From the NCBI GenBank assembly GCA_963668675.2, contig CAXXMB010000002.1:1504001-1568000 (forward strand): a DNA stretch of 64,000 bases, read 5' to 3'. Below are positions 18,232 through 29,335 of this stretch, piece by piece. The stretch's first letter is position 1, and each line of letters starts with the position of its first letter. The notes below the pieces were generated by a model. The model had not been told where the DNA came from. It searched no databases and saw only the letters and a list, made by a program, of their open reading frames with translations. The position numbers were made by a program, and so were the translations under genes. The stretch is from an uncultured Desulfatitalea sp. Its GTDB lineage: Bacteria > Desulfobacterota > Desulfobacteria > Desulfobacterales > Desulfosarcinaceae.

Positions 18232-19158
18232 ATGCAAAAACTAACCACTCTTGAAAAAGTCTTTGACCGTGTGGATGCGATGTCGGCGTCCTGCTATGAC
18301 CAGAATATCGATGTGCCCGACATATCCTTTGATAACCTTGAAACTGTGCGCATTGCAGGTGAACCCCATCCGTTAAGACCTGTTGCGCAACGATCTCTAT
18401 CCAATCGCCTTGGGATTCCTTATCCGTATTTGACACGATGCCCTTTCGATGTGCAGGCCCTAAACCTGAATCATTGGATCCAGCATGAGAAAAATGACCA
18501 GCTGTTGTTTCGGTTCGATGGCGATGCCGTCAGGGCGGTGTTTACGACCAAGTATATCCCCGTGGACAACTTCGAAGTGATGGAGCGGTTGGATTCTCTG
18601 GGATATAAACCGGAGACTCAAGTCCAGTGTCATCTTGATTCGGAGTTCATGTCATTGAGCATCCCCGATGGTCAGAAGGCGTTTGACATCAACGGTGATA
18701 AATTCAAACCGGGCATCTCGATATCCAATTCTGAAGTGGGTCTTGCGTCACTGTCTATTGCGGCGTTTGTGCTACGTTTGGTCTGTACAAATGGTGCCAT
18801 CACTAAATCGGATGTGTCGGCGTCTTATCGACATGTGAGCACCAAGATCTTGAGTGAATTTCCCCAGGTGATGGACAAGGTGTCAATGGAGTTGGGTGCT
18901 CAACGGCAGCAGTTCAAGTTGTCGATGGAATCCCCTGTCGATGATCCATCCGCGACGCTTGCCAGTTTCAATCGTCAGTTTGGTTTGAGTGGAGGTGAGA
19001 AAGATGCTGTGGAATGGGCCTGGCCTCAGGAAGCGGGTGATACGATGTTTCATGTGGTCAACACGTATACCAGGGCCGCCCAGATGGAGGCATTACCTGC
19101 GGAATCGAGTTTTCGATTGTCGAAAGTTGGCGGGAATATATTGGGGATGCTGAACTGA
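18232..19158 (+). CDS. DUF932/DUF945-family mobile-element protein
   Basis: GISISNSEVG..SLSIAAFVLRLVCTNG motif and TMFHVVNTYT C-terminus. Confidence 0.75.
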   Translation: MQKLTTLEKVFDRVDAMSASCYDQNIDVPDISFDNLETVRIAGEPHPLRPVAQRSLSNRLGIPYPYLTRCPFDVQALNLNHWIQHEKNDQLLFRFDGDAVRAVFTTKYIPVDNFEVMERLDSLGYKPETQVQCHLDSEFMSLSIPDGQKAFDINGDKFKPGISISNSEVGLASLSIAAFVLRLVCTNGAITKSDVSASYRHVSTKILSEFPQVMDKVSMELGAQRQQFKLSMESPVDDPSATLASFNRQFGLSGGEKDAVEWAWPQEAGDTMFHVVNTYTRAAQMEALPAESSFRLSKVGGNILGMLN

Positions 19159-19194
19159 ATTGGAATCAGGTTGGTTTTCTGTGAGGTAGGGAGG

Positions 19195-19242
19195 ATATGG
19201 CCCGGTAGGTTTGGATGGGGAGCCGGGCCATATTTATTTTTT
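19195..19242 (+). terminator. Intrinsic terminator of the recombination operon
   Basis: ATATGGCCCGG/CCGGGCCATAT stem followed by TTATTTTTT. Confidence 0.65.
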
Positions 19243-19456
19243 CATACAATAGGAAGGTTCACTCTATAGGATGTTCAGCAAATATCTGTAGTCAGACTTC
19301 GGTCTGAGGGTAGGTATTGTAGACACAAGTTTTAGCAGGTTTGAAATCCTTGTGGTTAATAGCAGCTACCTGCTTAAGTATAGGTTTGTCAGTGTAATAG
19401 CAATTTAATGCTGTTTATATTGCGAAAAAGCTGATTGGATATCGTAAAGGATAAAA

Positions 19457-22225
19457 TTAACGCATACCCAATATTTTCATTCGCTTATAAAGACTCGTAC
19501 GCTTCATTCCAAGCAATGCTGCGGCACCGTCTGCACCGGCAATCTTGCCTCTCGTTTTTTCAAGCACAAACCGAATATAGCGACGCTGTACCTCCTCCAA
19601 GCTCGGCGCGTCTTCAAATGGGTGGCCGCCTGCCATACGATTTTGTCCGGTCGGCAGGCTCAGTTCAAGTAAGTCACTACCAGAAAGCAGCACCGACCGT
19701 TCAATGGTATTCTCCAATTCGCGGACGTTTCCCGGCCAATCGTAGTCTTTGAGCGCGGCTTCACTCTTTATAGTCAGCTTTTGGGGCGGCCGGTTGTGTT
19801 TGCCGGTGAAACGTTCGATGAATTGTCTGGCCAATAGCAGGATATCGTCTCCCCGTTCCCGGAGAGGGGGAAGGACGATTGGAATAACATTCAACCGATA
19901 ATAGAGATCCTCGCGGAAACGCCCTGCCTTGACTTCCTCTTCAAGGTTTCGGTTCGTGGCGACGATCAGGCGGAAGTTGGAAGACAGCGTCTTGGTGCCA
20001 CCGACACGAACCAAGGTTTTTTCCTGGACGGTACGCAGCAGCTTCACTTGAATGCTCATGGGGATCTCGCCGACCTCGTCGATGAACAACGTACCGTTAT
20101 CCGCCAGTTCGATCCGGCCCGTCTTCTGTCGGTCGGCACCGGTAAATGCCCCCTTTTCATGCCCGAACAGCTCGCTCTCCACCAACGTTTCGGGGATTGC
20201 TGTCGGATCCACCACCACCAGGGGATGATTCCGGCGCTGACTACAGTTGTGGATGCGCCGCGCTAAAAGCTCCTTGCCCACGCCCGTTTCACCAAGAATC
20301 AGTACCGTGCTGTCCGTCTCGGCAATGCGATCGGCCTGTTCCAGGATTTTTTGGAGGGCTGGACTGCATCCGATGATTTCGCGTTGATCGAGTTGCCCGA
20401 TACGGCTCAACCGCCCCGTGGTTCTTAGTTCCATCCTCTGGGTGAAGTTGATCAAGTGGCCGACGTATTGAGACAGCGATTTGGCCATGCGGGCCAGTTG
20501 ATCGGTGGTGAATCGGTCGAAGCAGTCGTTAACATATGCATTGTCGTGATAGAGCACACCTTTGACCTGACCCTCGATTTGAAAAGGGACGGCCATCATC
20601 GCACGGACCTGGCTTGGAAAGGAGGCACCGCCCAGATTGCGTACCACTTGAGGCCGATTTTCCCGGAATGAATTGAATACAGCTGTCAAGTTGGGTCGAA
20701 AATCTTCGGCATCAATTTCAGATTTAAAAAGATTGCATGATGCCCGGAGTATCGGCGCGCCTTTTGAATGTTTGCCTCGGAACCAGAAGATCCCCCCACG
20801 CTCGGCGCCAAAGAATCGGTTCGTGGCATGCACCATCCTCTGAAGCAGTTCCTCCGGATCATCGCTGGGGATGAGGTCCTGGATCATGGCGCTGAACATA
20901 TCCACCAGTTCTTCCCGCGCCGCATATTCCGCAGTATTGCTGGCCGTATCGACCAGCATGCGTCTCAGGTCGTCCGGGTAAAACACATCGCTGTATCCCG
21001 AAAAGTTTTTCCATGCTTTTTGCGCCAATTGGCGGGCAGCTACAGGATCGTCCTGACTGAGTTTCAACCGAGTCATGGCAATGCGGGTCTTTCCCAGTTG
21101 GATCGGATCACCGGATTGTAGCAACAAGGTTTCACTCTGCTTGAGATCTGCTTCGATTTTCTCATGCGAAACCATACCCTTGGAAAGGTCATCCAGCGCC
21201 CCGAGCCTCAGCACAACTCCCTGCAGATGAATGTTCTCTTCGTCCATCAGGCGCCGATATTCATCGATAAAGTTAAGGTTCGGAATCGGGGCCATTCCGT
21301 TGCGGTGATATTCGAAAATAACTTCTAATACAAATGGAGAGGCATACTGGCGAATCAACCCTGCCTTGGCACCTTCGACAACGGTCCGGACCAACCATTG
21401 TCGGGATTCTTCAAGGCGACCTTCCTCCATGTGGTGAAATGCCAATCCCCCCATGGCAAAGTAGCTGGCCAGGGTATTCTGGGTTTGGGTTCCCTCCTGA
21501 AGCGCTCCTGACAGGTGATATGCGGCCTCTTTGGCCTTTTTAATCCGGACAAGAAAGATTCCCAGCACGGCCCTGAGCGTGGTTGCCAGCGTACGGTCCC
21601 CTCGTTCGATAGCCAAACGCCTGTAATAATCCAATGTGCCGATTGCCTGGTGAAACTGGCCAATAAATGCGGCGCAGTAACTCAACCACATGGTACCGGA
21701 GTGACCCTGTTCGCCAAACTCAAACTGCCTGGCCGCCTCCTCGAAATATGGCATGGCATCGGGGTAGCGTCCCTGAATGAACAAATAGAGACCGATCAGC
21801 TCTGCAGCGTTTGCAGCGATGTCTTCATCGCCTAAGGCTTCAACTTCGGCTTTGCCCCGTGCGAAAACCTCCATGGCCAGGTGGCGTTGTTCGCCGAAAT
21901 AATAGAGGCGTCCCAAGTGAAGATTGATCATGGCCGCCGAGCGCTTATCCCCGAGACGGTCAGCGGCCTCCAGCGCCCTTTTTAAAAGATCAATCAGTCG
22001 GTCAAACCCTTTGCCTACAACGAACGACGCTTTAGCCAGTTCAAGGCTGGTGCCGACGAACAATGCATCGCGTTCGGTTGAAGCCGGTTGATTGTCGAGC
22101 CATGACAACACCTGGTTCAGGTGCTTCCAAGAGGCCTCATAGTCACCCGGACGTCCGCTCCTGTCCGAGCTGTTGCTTGTGACCAGAGGGTGCGACGGAT
22201 CCTGGGTAATGTCATAGCCGTCCAT
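19457..22225 (-). CDS. Sigma54-dependent enhancer-binding protein (TPR-like, GAF, AAA+, Fis HTH)
   Basis: [33 protein letters not shown] and a C-terminal HTH; divergent from a -24/-12 promoter. Confidence 0.9.
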   Translation of the reverse strand: MDGYDITQDPSHPLVTSNSSDRSGRPGDYEASWKHLNQVLSWLDNQPASTERDALFVGTSLELAKASFVVGKGFDRLIDLLKRALEAADRLGDKRSAAMINLHLGRLYYFGEQRHLAMEVFARGKAEVEALGDEDIAANAAELIGLYLFIQGRYPDAMPYFEEAARQFEFGEQGHSGTMWLSYCAAFIGQFHQAIGTLDYYRRLAIERGDRTLATTLRAVLGIFLVRIKKAKEAAYHLSGALQEGTQTQNTLASYFAMGGLAFHHMEEGRLEESRQWLVRTVVEGAKAGLIRQYASPFVLEVIFEYHRNGMAPIPNLNFIDEYRRLMDEENIHLQGVVLRLGALDDLSKGMVSHEKIEADLKQSETLLLQSGDPIQLGKTRIAMTRLKLSQDDPVAARQLAQKAWKNFSGYSDVFYPDDLRRMLVDTASNTAEYAAREELVDMFSAMIQDLIPSDDPEELLQRMVHATNRFFGAERGGIFWFRGKHSKGAPILRASCNLFKSEIDAEDFRPNLTAVFNSFRENRPQVVRNLGGASFPSQVRAMMAVPFQIEGQVKGVLYHDNAYVNDCFDRFTTDQLARMAKSLSQYVGHLINFTQRMELRTTGRLSRIGQLDQREIIGCSPALQKILEQADRIAETDSTVLILGETGVGKELLARRIHNCSQRRNHPLVVVDPTAIPETLVESELFGHEKGAFTGADRQKTGRIELADNGTLFIDEVGEIPMSIQVKLLRTVQEKTLVRVGGTKTLSSNFRLIVATNRNLEEEVKAGRFREDLYYRLNVIPIVLPPLRERGDDILLLARQFIERFTGKHNRPPQKLTIKSEAALKDYDWPGNVRELENTIERSVLLSGSDLLELSLPTGQNRMAGGHPFEDAPSLEEVQRRYIRFVLEKTRGKIAGADGAAALLGMKRTSLYKRMKILGMR

Positions 22226-22313
22226 ATCTATCCCCTTCTTTTTTGTTCCGCATCCAACCGCCAGACCAACTTCATGCATTTAGCCATTGGCAACGGCATT
22301 TCGTCAAGCAATA

Positions 22314-22352
22314 TGTCCCCATGGGGACACAAATTTCGACCCCATGGGGACA
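22314..22352. promoter_or_regulatory. Tandem enhancer (UAS) sites
   Basis: Perfect palindrome TGTCCCCATGGGGACA (TGT-N10-ACA), with a second copy CGACCCCATGGGGACA 23 bp downstream. Confidence 0.75.
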
Positions 22353-22413
22353 CCGTGAAGACAATAAGTATTTTTTGTTATTATAATTCAATTGGTTATG
22401 GATTTTCAACTTA

Positions 22414-22429
22414 TGGCACCAAGGTTGCT
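22414..22429 (+). promoter_or_regulatory. Sigma54 -24/-12 promoter
   Basis: TGGCAC-CAAGG-TTGCT matches the consensus. An IHF-like ATTCAATTGGTTA at 22386-22398 lies between the UAS and the promoter. Confidence 0.85.
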
Positions 22430-22543
22430 GCTATGGGTAGCATTAAATGAATCACGTCCATTATCTAAACTTTATCCGAAGTACTGCGAGAAATACAGCA
22501 TCACCATGTAAGAAAGCATGACTGTGAAAAAAGGAGTAAAGAA

Positions 22544-24139
22544 ATGACTGACAGCAAGATACCTGGATTTTTTTCCTACGAACTTGATGCCAAAGCGGAA
22601 GACAATCCGGATTTTGAAATTATTACGTTTGCAAACGGAAATTACGCCGACGAAGTGTTGACGTATAAAAAGATCGTTAGCAACGGGCGCAGGCTTGCCA
22701 AAAAACTCAAGGACGAAGGATTCGGCAAAGGCGATGTACTCGCTCTGTTGATGCGCAACCACCCCGAATTTGTCTATTCACTCTATGCGACAAATGTTCT
22801 CGGAACCGTTCTGTTGCCCATCGACCCAAGAACAAAAGGCGAAAGACTGGCATTTGTCCTAAAAGATTCCAAGGCCAAAGGGGTGATTTTTACCACCGAA
22901 TTTAAAGAAAGCGCCCTGCCGGTATTAAAGGACCTTCCGAATATCGATGTCATTGGCGCCGTCTGCAAGGAATGGATGGAACCAGCCGCAGACTTGCCGG
23001 CTCTGGAAGATGTCTGGAAGGAACCGGAAGCAGCCCTTCCCGAAGACCGCTGTGACGACATAAATGCGATCATGGAGATTATCTACACATCCGGAACAAC
23101 CGGCGACCCCAAAGGGGTTGTGTTAAAAAACACCCGCCTGGCGCCATTCGGTATGCTGGCCAAAAACGTGTTCCAATACAACGAGAATGACAAATTGTAC
23201 ACCGGGCTTTCCCTGACCCATGGCAATGCCCAAGCTGTCACCATGATTCCGTCCCTCTATCTGGGAATTCCTTCCGTTATCAGCACAACATTTACCAAAA
23301 GTCGGATATGGGACATCTGTCGGAAATATGGCTGCACTGCTTTTTCCCTGCTCGGCGGCATGATGATGGGCATCTTCAGTGAACCTACAAAAAGGAACGA
23401 TGCAGACAACCCGGTCCGTCTTGTCCTGAGTGCCGGTACGCCCTCCGCCATCTGGGAAGCTTTTGAAGAGCGATTCGGACTGTTCATCCATGAATGGTAT
23501 GGCGCCGTGGAGGGCGGTTTTGCCCACAAACCCCCGGGAGTAGGACCCATTGGTTCCTTCGGCAAACCCCTGGACGGCGTCATGGAAATGAGAGTCGTCA
23601 GGGAAGATGATTCTGAATGCGATCCGTTTGAAATCGGTGAAATTGTTGGCCGGGCCATCGGACAGAAAATCGAAGTGGAATATTTCGGCAAAAAGGAGGC
23701 TTCGGAAAAGAAAACCAGGGGCGGCTGGTTCAGGAGCGGAGATATGGGGCACCGGGATGAAAACGGCTGGTTCTTTTTTGATTTCAGGAAAGGCGGCGGG
23801 CTGCGACGCTCAGGTGATTTCATTCAACCAGGCCATGTGGAGGCAACCTTTGCCAAACATCCAGATGTCACAGACGTCTGCGTCTACGGTATCCCGGCAG
23901 CGTCCGGCGCACCCGGAGAAAGTGATCTTGTAGCGGCCATCGTGCTGACAGAAGGATCGACGCTTGCCATCAGCTCACTTTATGATCATTGCAAAGAGCT
24001 GCTGGACGGCAACAGCATCCCTTCGTATCTGCAGGTTGTCGATGAAATCCCCAAAACGGCTTCGGAGAAAAACCTGGATCGTTTTCTTAAGAATGAATTC
24101 AGCCAAAATGCGGATAACGTGCATTCATTCGTAAAATAG
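22544..24139 (+). CDS. Acyl-CoA synthetase (AMP-forming, CaiC-like)
   Basis: YTSGTTGDPKG, YGAVEG, GWFRSGD and PKT..K motifs. Confidence 0.9.
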   Translation: MTDSKIPGFFSYELDAKAEDNPDFEIITFANGNYADEVLTYKKIVSNGRRLAKKLKDEGFGKGDVLALLMRNHPEFVYSLYATNVLGTVLLPIDPRTKGERLAFVLKDSKAKGVIFTTEFKESALPVLKDLPNIDVIGAVCKEWMEPAADLPALEDVWKEPEAALPEDRCDDINAIMEIIYTSGTTGDPKGVVLKNTRLAPFGMLAKNVFQYNENDKLYTGLSLTHGNAQAVTMIPSLYLGIPSVISTTFTKSRIWDICRKYGCTAFSLLGGMMMGIFSEPTKRNDADNPVRLVLSAGTPSAIWEAFEERFGLFIHEWYGAVEGGFAHKPPGVGPIGSFGKPLDGVMEMRVVREDDSECDPFEIGEIVGRAIGQKIEVEYFGKKEASEKKTRGGWFRSGDMGHRDENGWFFFDFRKGGGLRRSGDFIQPGHVEATFAKHPDVTDVCVYGIPAASGAPGESDLVAAIVLTEGSTLAISSLYDHCKELLDGNSIPSYLQVVDEIPKTASEKNLDRFLKNEFSQNADNVHSFVK

Positions 24140-24155
24140 GGGGAAAGGAAGAACA

Positions 24156-25394
24156 ATGTCTAATGTATATATAATCGGTCTGGGTATGATCCGGTTCAAC
24201 AAATATCCGGACAGGGGCGTGCGGGACATGGCCCATGAGGCCGCCCACCTGGCACTTTCCGATGCCGGCCTTGAATCCAAAGACCTGGAGGCGGCCTTTT
24301 TCTCCAACACGTTCTGGGGCATGTTCTCCAACCAGCACTCCATCAAAGGCCAGGTGGTGCTTAGATCCATGGGGATCGACACCATTCCGGTCACCAATGT
24401 GGAGAATGCCTGTGCCGGGGCATCCACGGCGCTGCATCTGGCTTATACCGGGATAAAGGCAGGGATGTATGACGTGGCCCTGGCTCTGGGATCGGAGAAA
24501 ATAACCGACAAGGACAAGGCCAAATCCCTTGCTGCCTATGCGGCTGCCATGGACGTGGAAAATTTTGAAGCCCACATGGAGATGATGACAGGTTACGCTA
24601 AAAAATTCACACAAGGGCTCGGTATTGAAGACACCGCGCCGGGTGCGGGAAGATCCATATTTATGGATGCTTACGCGACCTTTGCCCGTTGGCATATGAG
24701 CAAATTTGGTTCCACCCAGAAGCAGTTGGCCGTGATTGCGGCCAAGAACCATTTTCACGGTTCGCTCAACCCCATGGCCCAGTACCAGATGAACATGACG
24801 GCGGAAGAGGTTCTTGCGGATCAGCCTATTACCTATCCTTTGACGCGTTCCATGTGCGCTCCGGTTGGGGACGGCGCTGCCGCCGCCATCATCTGTTCTG
24901 ATAAATACCTGAAAAAACTGACCGGGGCCCGGCCGGTCAAGATACGGGCCTCCATCTTGGGCTCCGGATCAGACCGGGATTTTGACGGCATTGATATCGG
25001 GGAGCGTTTAGTAAAGCAGGCCTATGAGAAAGCAGGTCTGGGACCCCAGGATATCAGCCTCGCTGAACTGCACGATGCCACAGCCTATGGAGAGCTCCAC
25101 CAGGTGGAGGCCATGGGGTTCTGCCCCGTGGGCGAAGGTGGCATCTGGGCGGAATCAGGCGCCACAACCCTTGGCGGCAAGCAGCCGGTCAACACCAGCG
25201 GGGGCCTGGAAACCCGCGGTCATCCGATTGGCGCTTCCGGACTTGCCCAGATTTATGAACTGGGGTTGCAGCTCCGGGGGGAAGCCGGCAAACGCCAGGT
25301 GGAAGAAGCAAAAATGGGACTGGCCGAGAACGGCGGCGGCAACATCGGCATTGAGGAAGCCTCTATGTGTATCCATATATTGGAAAAAGTGTAA
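24156..25394 (+). CDS. Thiolase-family protein (SCP2-thiolase type)
   Basis: NVENACAG, ELHDA and GHPIGASG motifs. Confidence 0.9.
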   Translation: MSNVYIIGLGMIRFNKYPDRGVRDMAHEAAHLALSDAGLESKDLEAAFFSNTFWGMFSNQHSIKGQVVLRSMGIDTIPVTNVENACAGASTALHLAYTGIKAGMYDVALALGSEKITDKDKAKSLAAYAAAMDVENFEAHMEMMTGYAKKFTQGLGIEDTAPGAGRSIFMDAYATFARWHMSKFGSTQKQLAVIAAKNHFHGSLNPMAQYQMNMTAEEVLADQPITYPLTRSMCAPVGDGAAAAIICSDKYLKKLTGARPVKIRASILGSGSDRDFDGIDIGERLVKQAYEKAGLGPQDISLAELHDATAYGELHQVEAMGFCPVGEGGIWAESGATTLGGKQPVNTSGGLETRGHPIGASGLAQIYELGLQLRGEAGKRQVEEAKMGLAENGGGNIGIEEASMCIHILEKV

Positions 25395-25422
25395 GCCTAT
25401 CTTTTATACAAGAAATTCAAGC

Positions 25423-25563
25423 ATGAATAGAAAATCAATAGTTGTTACCGGTGCAGCGTCTGGCATCGGCCGCGAAACAGCCCTTTACTTTGCTGGCAAG
25501 GACTGGTTCGTCGGGATAACCGATGTCAACAACCAGGGCCTTGAATATCTCCAGATCCTATAA
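25423..25563 (+). pseudogene. Short-chain dehydrogenase N-terminal fragment
   Basis: KSIVVTGAASGIGRETA Rossmann motif, then a stop after 46 aa with no continuation. Confidence 0.75.
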
Positions 25564-25727
25564 TCTACGCGGAGAACAAGGTGCCAGTGTCGGGTAAGAA
25601 ATGACTACCTTAGTAAATCGTGAAATGGCTGATGTCCAGAGGTTCTTTAGCTATTTCGACCCGCGAGGCGCGAAGCAAATCGACTTGGCAGTACGGTAGT
25701 TAATCAAATTGAATGAAGGAGGATGTG

Positions 25728-26705
25728 ATGAACACCTACGTTAAAACAGTTATTATCTTGATGTCGTTGATTGTATCAGCTGCGACGGTCCAAGCTGAAA
25801 CCTTTAAGGTCCTGTCCGGGTTTCCCGTCACGCATTTGTTCACCGAAGGCTGCCTGAATACGTTTGAAAACAATCTCAAGGCTGCCTCCAAGGACCAGAT
25901 GGATTTGCAGATTTTCGGGCCGGATGTGGTCCCCACCAACGAGCAGTTCCAGCCGGTACAGTCAGGCGTCTTTCAGATGCTTTTCACCCATACGGCTTAT
26001 CATATGGGCACCACCGCCATCGGGGTCACTACCGAGGCCATCGATCCGGATCCTGTCAAGCGCCGTGAAAGCGGCATCATCGACTTCATCGACGCCGAGT
26101 ACCAGAAATACGGAATGAGGCTTTTGGCAGTGCTGCCCATGGTCGAGTACAACATCGTCACCAGCAAGCCGATCGGAAAGGAAAGCCCGAGCCTGCAGGG
26201 GCTTAAAATCCGCACTCCGCCCGCAGGGGCTCCCATGATCCAAGCCCTTGGCGGCGCCCCGGTTAGCCTGCCGCCCGGCGAAATATACACGGCTTTGCAG
26301 AAAGGGGTCATCGACGGGTTTACCCTGGTGGCCGTGGGGTTGAAGGATTACAAGATTTACGAGGTGGCCAAGTATCTCGTCCGGCCGAAGTTCGGCTACA
26401 TTTCGCTGGCCATCCTGATGAACGCCGACAAATACAATTCTTTGACAAAGCAGCAGCAGGAATGGATCCAGTCCGCGGCTATAAAGAGTGAAAAGGATGC
26501 CTGGATGTTTTTCAAGAAAAAGCACGAAGAGGAAGTCAAGGAACTGCGGTCGCTGGGGATGGAAATCGTTCAGCTGCCCGAAGCCGATGCCGTGCGCATA
26601 GACAAACTCATGAGCGACACCATCTGGGCCGTGGCTGAGAAGAAATCAGGCGAACCCGTGGCGAACCTTAAAAAATTGGCCCTCGAAAAAGGCATGACCA
26701 AATGA
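25728..26705 (+). CDS. dctP: TRAP transporter substrate-binding protein
   Basis: Signal peptide; LQGLKIR..LGGAPV..GEIYTALQKGVIDG. Confidence 0.9.
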   Translation: MNTYVKTVIILMSLIVSAATVQAETFKVLSGFPVTHLFTEGCLNTFENNLKAASKDQMDLQIFGPDVVPTNEQFQPVQSGVFQMLFTHTAYHMGTTAIGVTTEAIDPDPVKRRESGIIDFIDAEYQKYGMRLLAVLPMVEYNIVTSKPIGKESPSLQGLKIRTPPAGAPMIQALGGAPVSLPPGEIYTALQKGVIDGFTLVAVGLKDYKIYEVAKYLVRPKFGYISLAILMNADKYNSLTKQQQEWIQSAAIKSEKDAWMFFKKKHEEEVKELRSLGMEIVQLPEADAVRIDKLMSDTIWAVAEKKSGEPVANLKKLALEKGMTK

Positions 26706-27166
26706 TTGACAGAGTTCTGAACGGCATTACGAAGGGCAGTTTTTATCTGGGCGGGCTGGCTTTTGCGCTCATCATCGTCGGCTATGTTCTGGAAGTGGTG
26801 CTGCGGTATTTTTTCAACGCGCCCACTTCCTTTACCAGCGATTTCACCCAATGGTTTTTCGCGGCGATGGTCATGCTGTGCATTCCCGAGGTAACCCGAA
26901 TAAAGGGGCATGTCATCATCAGCTTCTTTCTTGAAAAAATGTCGTCCGGTCATCGAAGCAGGGTGGAACGGACATTGTCCCTGGCCGGCTTTTTGATTTG
27001 CATGACTGCCGCATGGATCTGTTTTTCCGAAACCATGCGGCAGTACCACACCGGTATCCAGACCGAGTGGAACCACCCGATTCCCAAATGGTGGATATCG
27101 GCGGTTATCCCCTACGGGATCGGGTTGGCTGGCCTGCATTTTTTTCGCATCGCATTGAAACGATAG
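26702..27166 (+). CDS. dctQ: TRAP transporter small permease
   Basis: Four TM segments and EVVLRYFFNAP; lies between dctP and dctM. Confidence 0.85.
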   Translation: MIDRVLNGITKGSFYLGGLAFALIIVGYVLEVVLRYFFNAPTSFTSDFTQWFFAAMVMLCIPEVTRIKGHVIISFFLEKMSSGHRSRVERTLSLAGFLICMTAAWICFSETMRQYHTGIQTEWNHPIPKWWISAVIPYGIGLAGLHFFRIALKR

Positions 27167-27187
27167 ATTTTTCGGATAGGAGTTTTT

Positions 27188-28501
27188 ATGGACTGGGTAG
27201 GGAGTTTGAGCGGTGCGGTCGTCATCATGCTGTGCCTTTTTTTCATCGGGCTGCCCGTGTTTCTAACCTTTCTGGTTATCAACATCATCGGCGTCTTCAT
27301 GCTCATGGGGACCTCGGGCTTCGGTATGTTTGCCAACAGCATCTACCAGAGCGTGACCCAGACCTCCTTGGCCGCCGTTCCGCTTTTCATCATTATGGGA
27401 GAAATTCTTTTCAGGTCCGGAACCATTGATATCCTCATCGACTCGGTTGACAAACTTGTGGGTTCGGTCAAGGGGCGTGGATACTATCTGATTACGGTTC
27501 TTTCCACCCTTTTTGGTGCCCTTTGCGGGTCGCCTGTTGCGGTGGCGGCCCTGTTGGGGCGTACGGTCATGCCCGGCATGACCGGCCGGGGTTACAATGT
27601 CCGCCTCACCGCCGGGGCAATCCTGGGCGGTGCCACCCTGGCCGCCATCATTCCGCCGAGTCTGTTGGTGGTTGTGCTGGGTTCCCTGGTAGACGTATCC
27701 ATAGCCGGGCTGCTTATTGCCGGAATCGTTCCAGGCATCCTTCTGGCCGGCATTATGGCTGGTTATATTTTTCTACGCATGCGGATTCACCCTGAACTGG
27801 AACCTGTTGCAGCAGGTGCCAACCTGCAAAAGGTGACAGGCAGGGATCAATTGATGGCAGTCATCCGCATTCTACCTTTCTCTCTGGTCATTTTTTTTGT
27901 GATGGGGTTGATCATGCTGGGAGTGGCCACTCCTTCTGAGTCCGCTGCAACAGGCGTGGTCGGAGCTGTTATTGTTGCCGCAATTTACCGCAAGCTGTCA
28001 CTGAAAATGCTCATGGAATCCGTGCTTTCAACCGTTTCCATTACTGCCATGCTCATGGCTATTCTTCTCAGTTCTCAGCTTTTCGGCCAGCTTCTGGCCT
28101 TTACCGGTGCCACGTCCGGGTTGATGAAAGCCGTAAGCGGACTTTCCCTTTCCGCCGGAGCCATGTTTTTGCTACTCATGGCCGTTCCCTTTTTCCTTTG
28201 CATGTTCATCGACCTGTTTGCTATCATGATGGTTGCCATCCCCATCTACCTGCCGTTGATAAAAATATACGGCTATGAACCTACCTGGTTTTGGATGCTG
28301 TTTGTCATCAACCTGGTCTTGGGCAGCATGACACCGCCTTTTGGATATACACTCTTTTCACTGAAGGGAGCGGCACCGGCGGTTTCGCTGGAAGATATCT
28401 ATGTCGGCGCCTGGCCAATGATGTTTGTGTTCCTCGTGGGGATGGCCATAATGTTTTTCTTTCCATCTCTTGTTTCTTTCTTGCCGGGTGTCTTCAATTG
28501 A
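27188..28501 (+). CDS. dctM: TRAP transporter large permease
   Basis: AVPLFIIMGE, IIPPS, TPSES and TPPFG motifs. Confidence 0.9.
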   Translation: MDWVGSLSGAVVIMLCLFFIGLPVFLTFLVINIIGVFMLMGTSGFGMFANSIYQSVTQTSLAAVPLFIIMGEILFRSGTIDILIDSVDKLVGSVKGRGYYLITVLSTLFGALCGSPVAVAALLGRTVMPGMTGRGYNVRLTAGAILGGATLAAIIPPSLLVVVLGSLVDVSIAGLLIAGIVPGILLAGIMAGYIFLRMRIHPELEPVAAGANLQKVTGRDQLMAVIRILPFSLVIFFVMGLIMLGVATPSESAATGVVGAVIVAAIYRKLSLKMLMESVLSTVSITAMLMAILLSSQLFGQLLAFTGATSGLMKAVSGLSLSAGAMFLLLMAVPFFLCMFIDLFAIMMVAIPIYLPLIKIYGYEPTWFWMLFVINLVLGSMTPPFGYTLFSLKGAAPAVSLEDIYVGAWPMMFVFLVGMAIMFFFPSLVSFLPGVFN

Positions 28502-28602
28502 CAATGAGGTTGTTCCTTAATGAAAAAGAAATGGCGACAGCATGATCAGCGTATCGTTATCTAAACGGCAGGGCATATTGGAAAAATAAGAGGCAATTCA
28601 AA

Positions 28603-28930
28603 ATGGAACCGTCACGATATGAAAAAGGGGTAAAAACGCTTGGAAAATTACCGGTGTTCCAAGTACGAAAGTTGTCTATAACTTGAAGCACACCGTTCCC
28701 GAGTTGGCGGATTGGATCATTGAATTCGCCTATGGGGAAGTTTTATCGAGAGACAAACTGGATTTAAAAACAAGACAGATAGCCACTGTCGCCGCATTGA
28801 CGGCAATGGGGACGGCGCCTCTTCAGCTCAAGGCCCACGTAGGCGGCGCCTTGAATGTGGTGGGGTGCACACAAGAGAAAATTGTCGAAGTGATCGTCCA
28901 AATGGCAGTTTACGCCGGTTTTCCTGGGCG
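28603..28930 (+). pseudogene. Carboxymuconolactone decarboxylase-family pseudogene
   Basis: The MEPSRYEKG start is in a different frame from [33 protein letters not shown], and the C-terminus is aberrant. Confidence 0.7.
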
Positions 28931-29335
28931 TATGCAACTTACCTCGAAAGCCATGTCGCTTCGGAGATGCTTTTTGCGCGCTTTCCCCTGCGCATTCAGA
29001 TCGGTATCGGCGCCTTGAGTTACATCCTCGTGACTGCCTGCATCGGGCTTGTCTGCGGAACCTTAAAAATCAAGAGGTTACAGCGTAATGGCTGGTCGCT
29101 TGTTTTAGTTTAAGTCTACACCTGCCAATCTTTTCCGCTTCTGTTTGGTTATCATCGTTTTTTTCTATTCTTGCCATTTTGATTCCGAAAAGTTGAGATC
29201 CTATATAGATCAACTCTGTTAAGGCTAACCACGCTTTTTTTATCCCGATAAGCGATATTGTGGCTTAATAGCTTGACAGGGTGGTGTTGAAATATTTAGA
29301 TATTATTAAAATTCAAACCGTTATCAGGAGAACCA

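Noticed and set aside
12889..19158. Prophage
   Set aside because: The recombination genes are phage-like, but there are no capsid, terminase, tail or lysis genes in the window.
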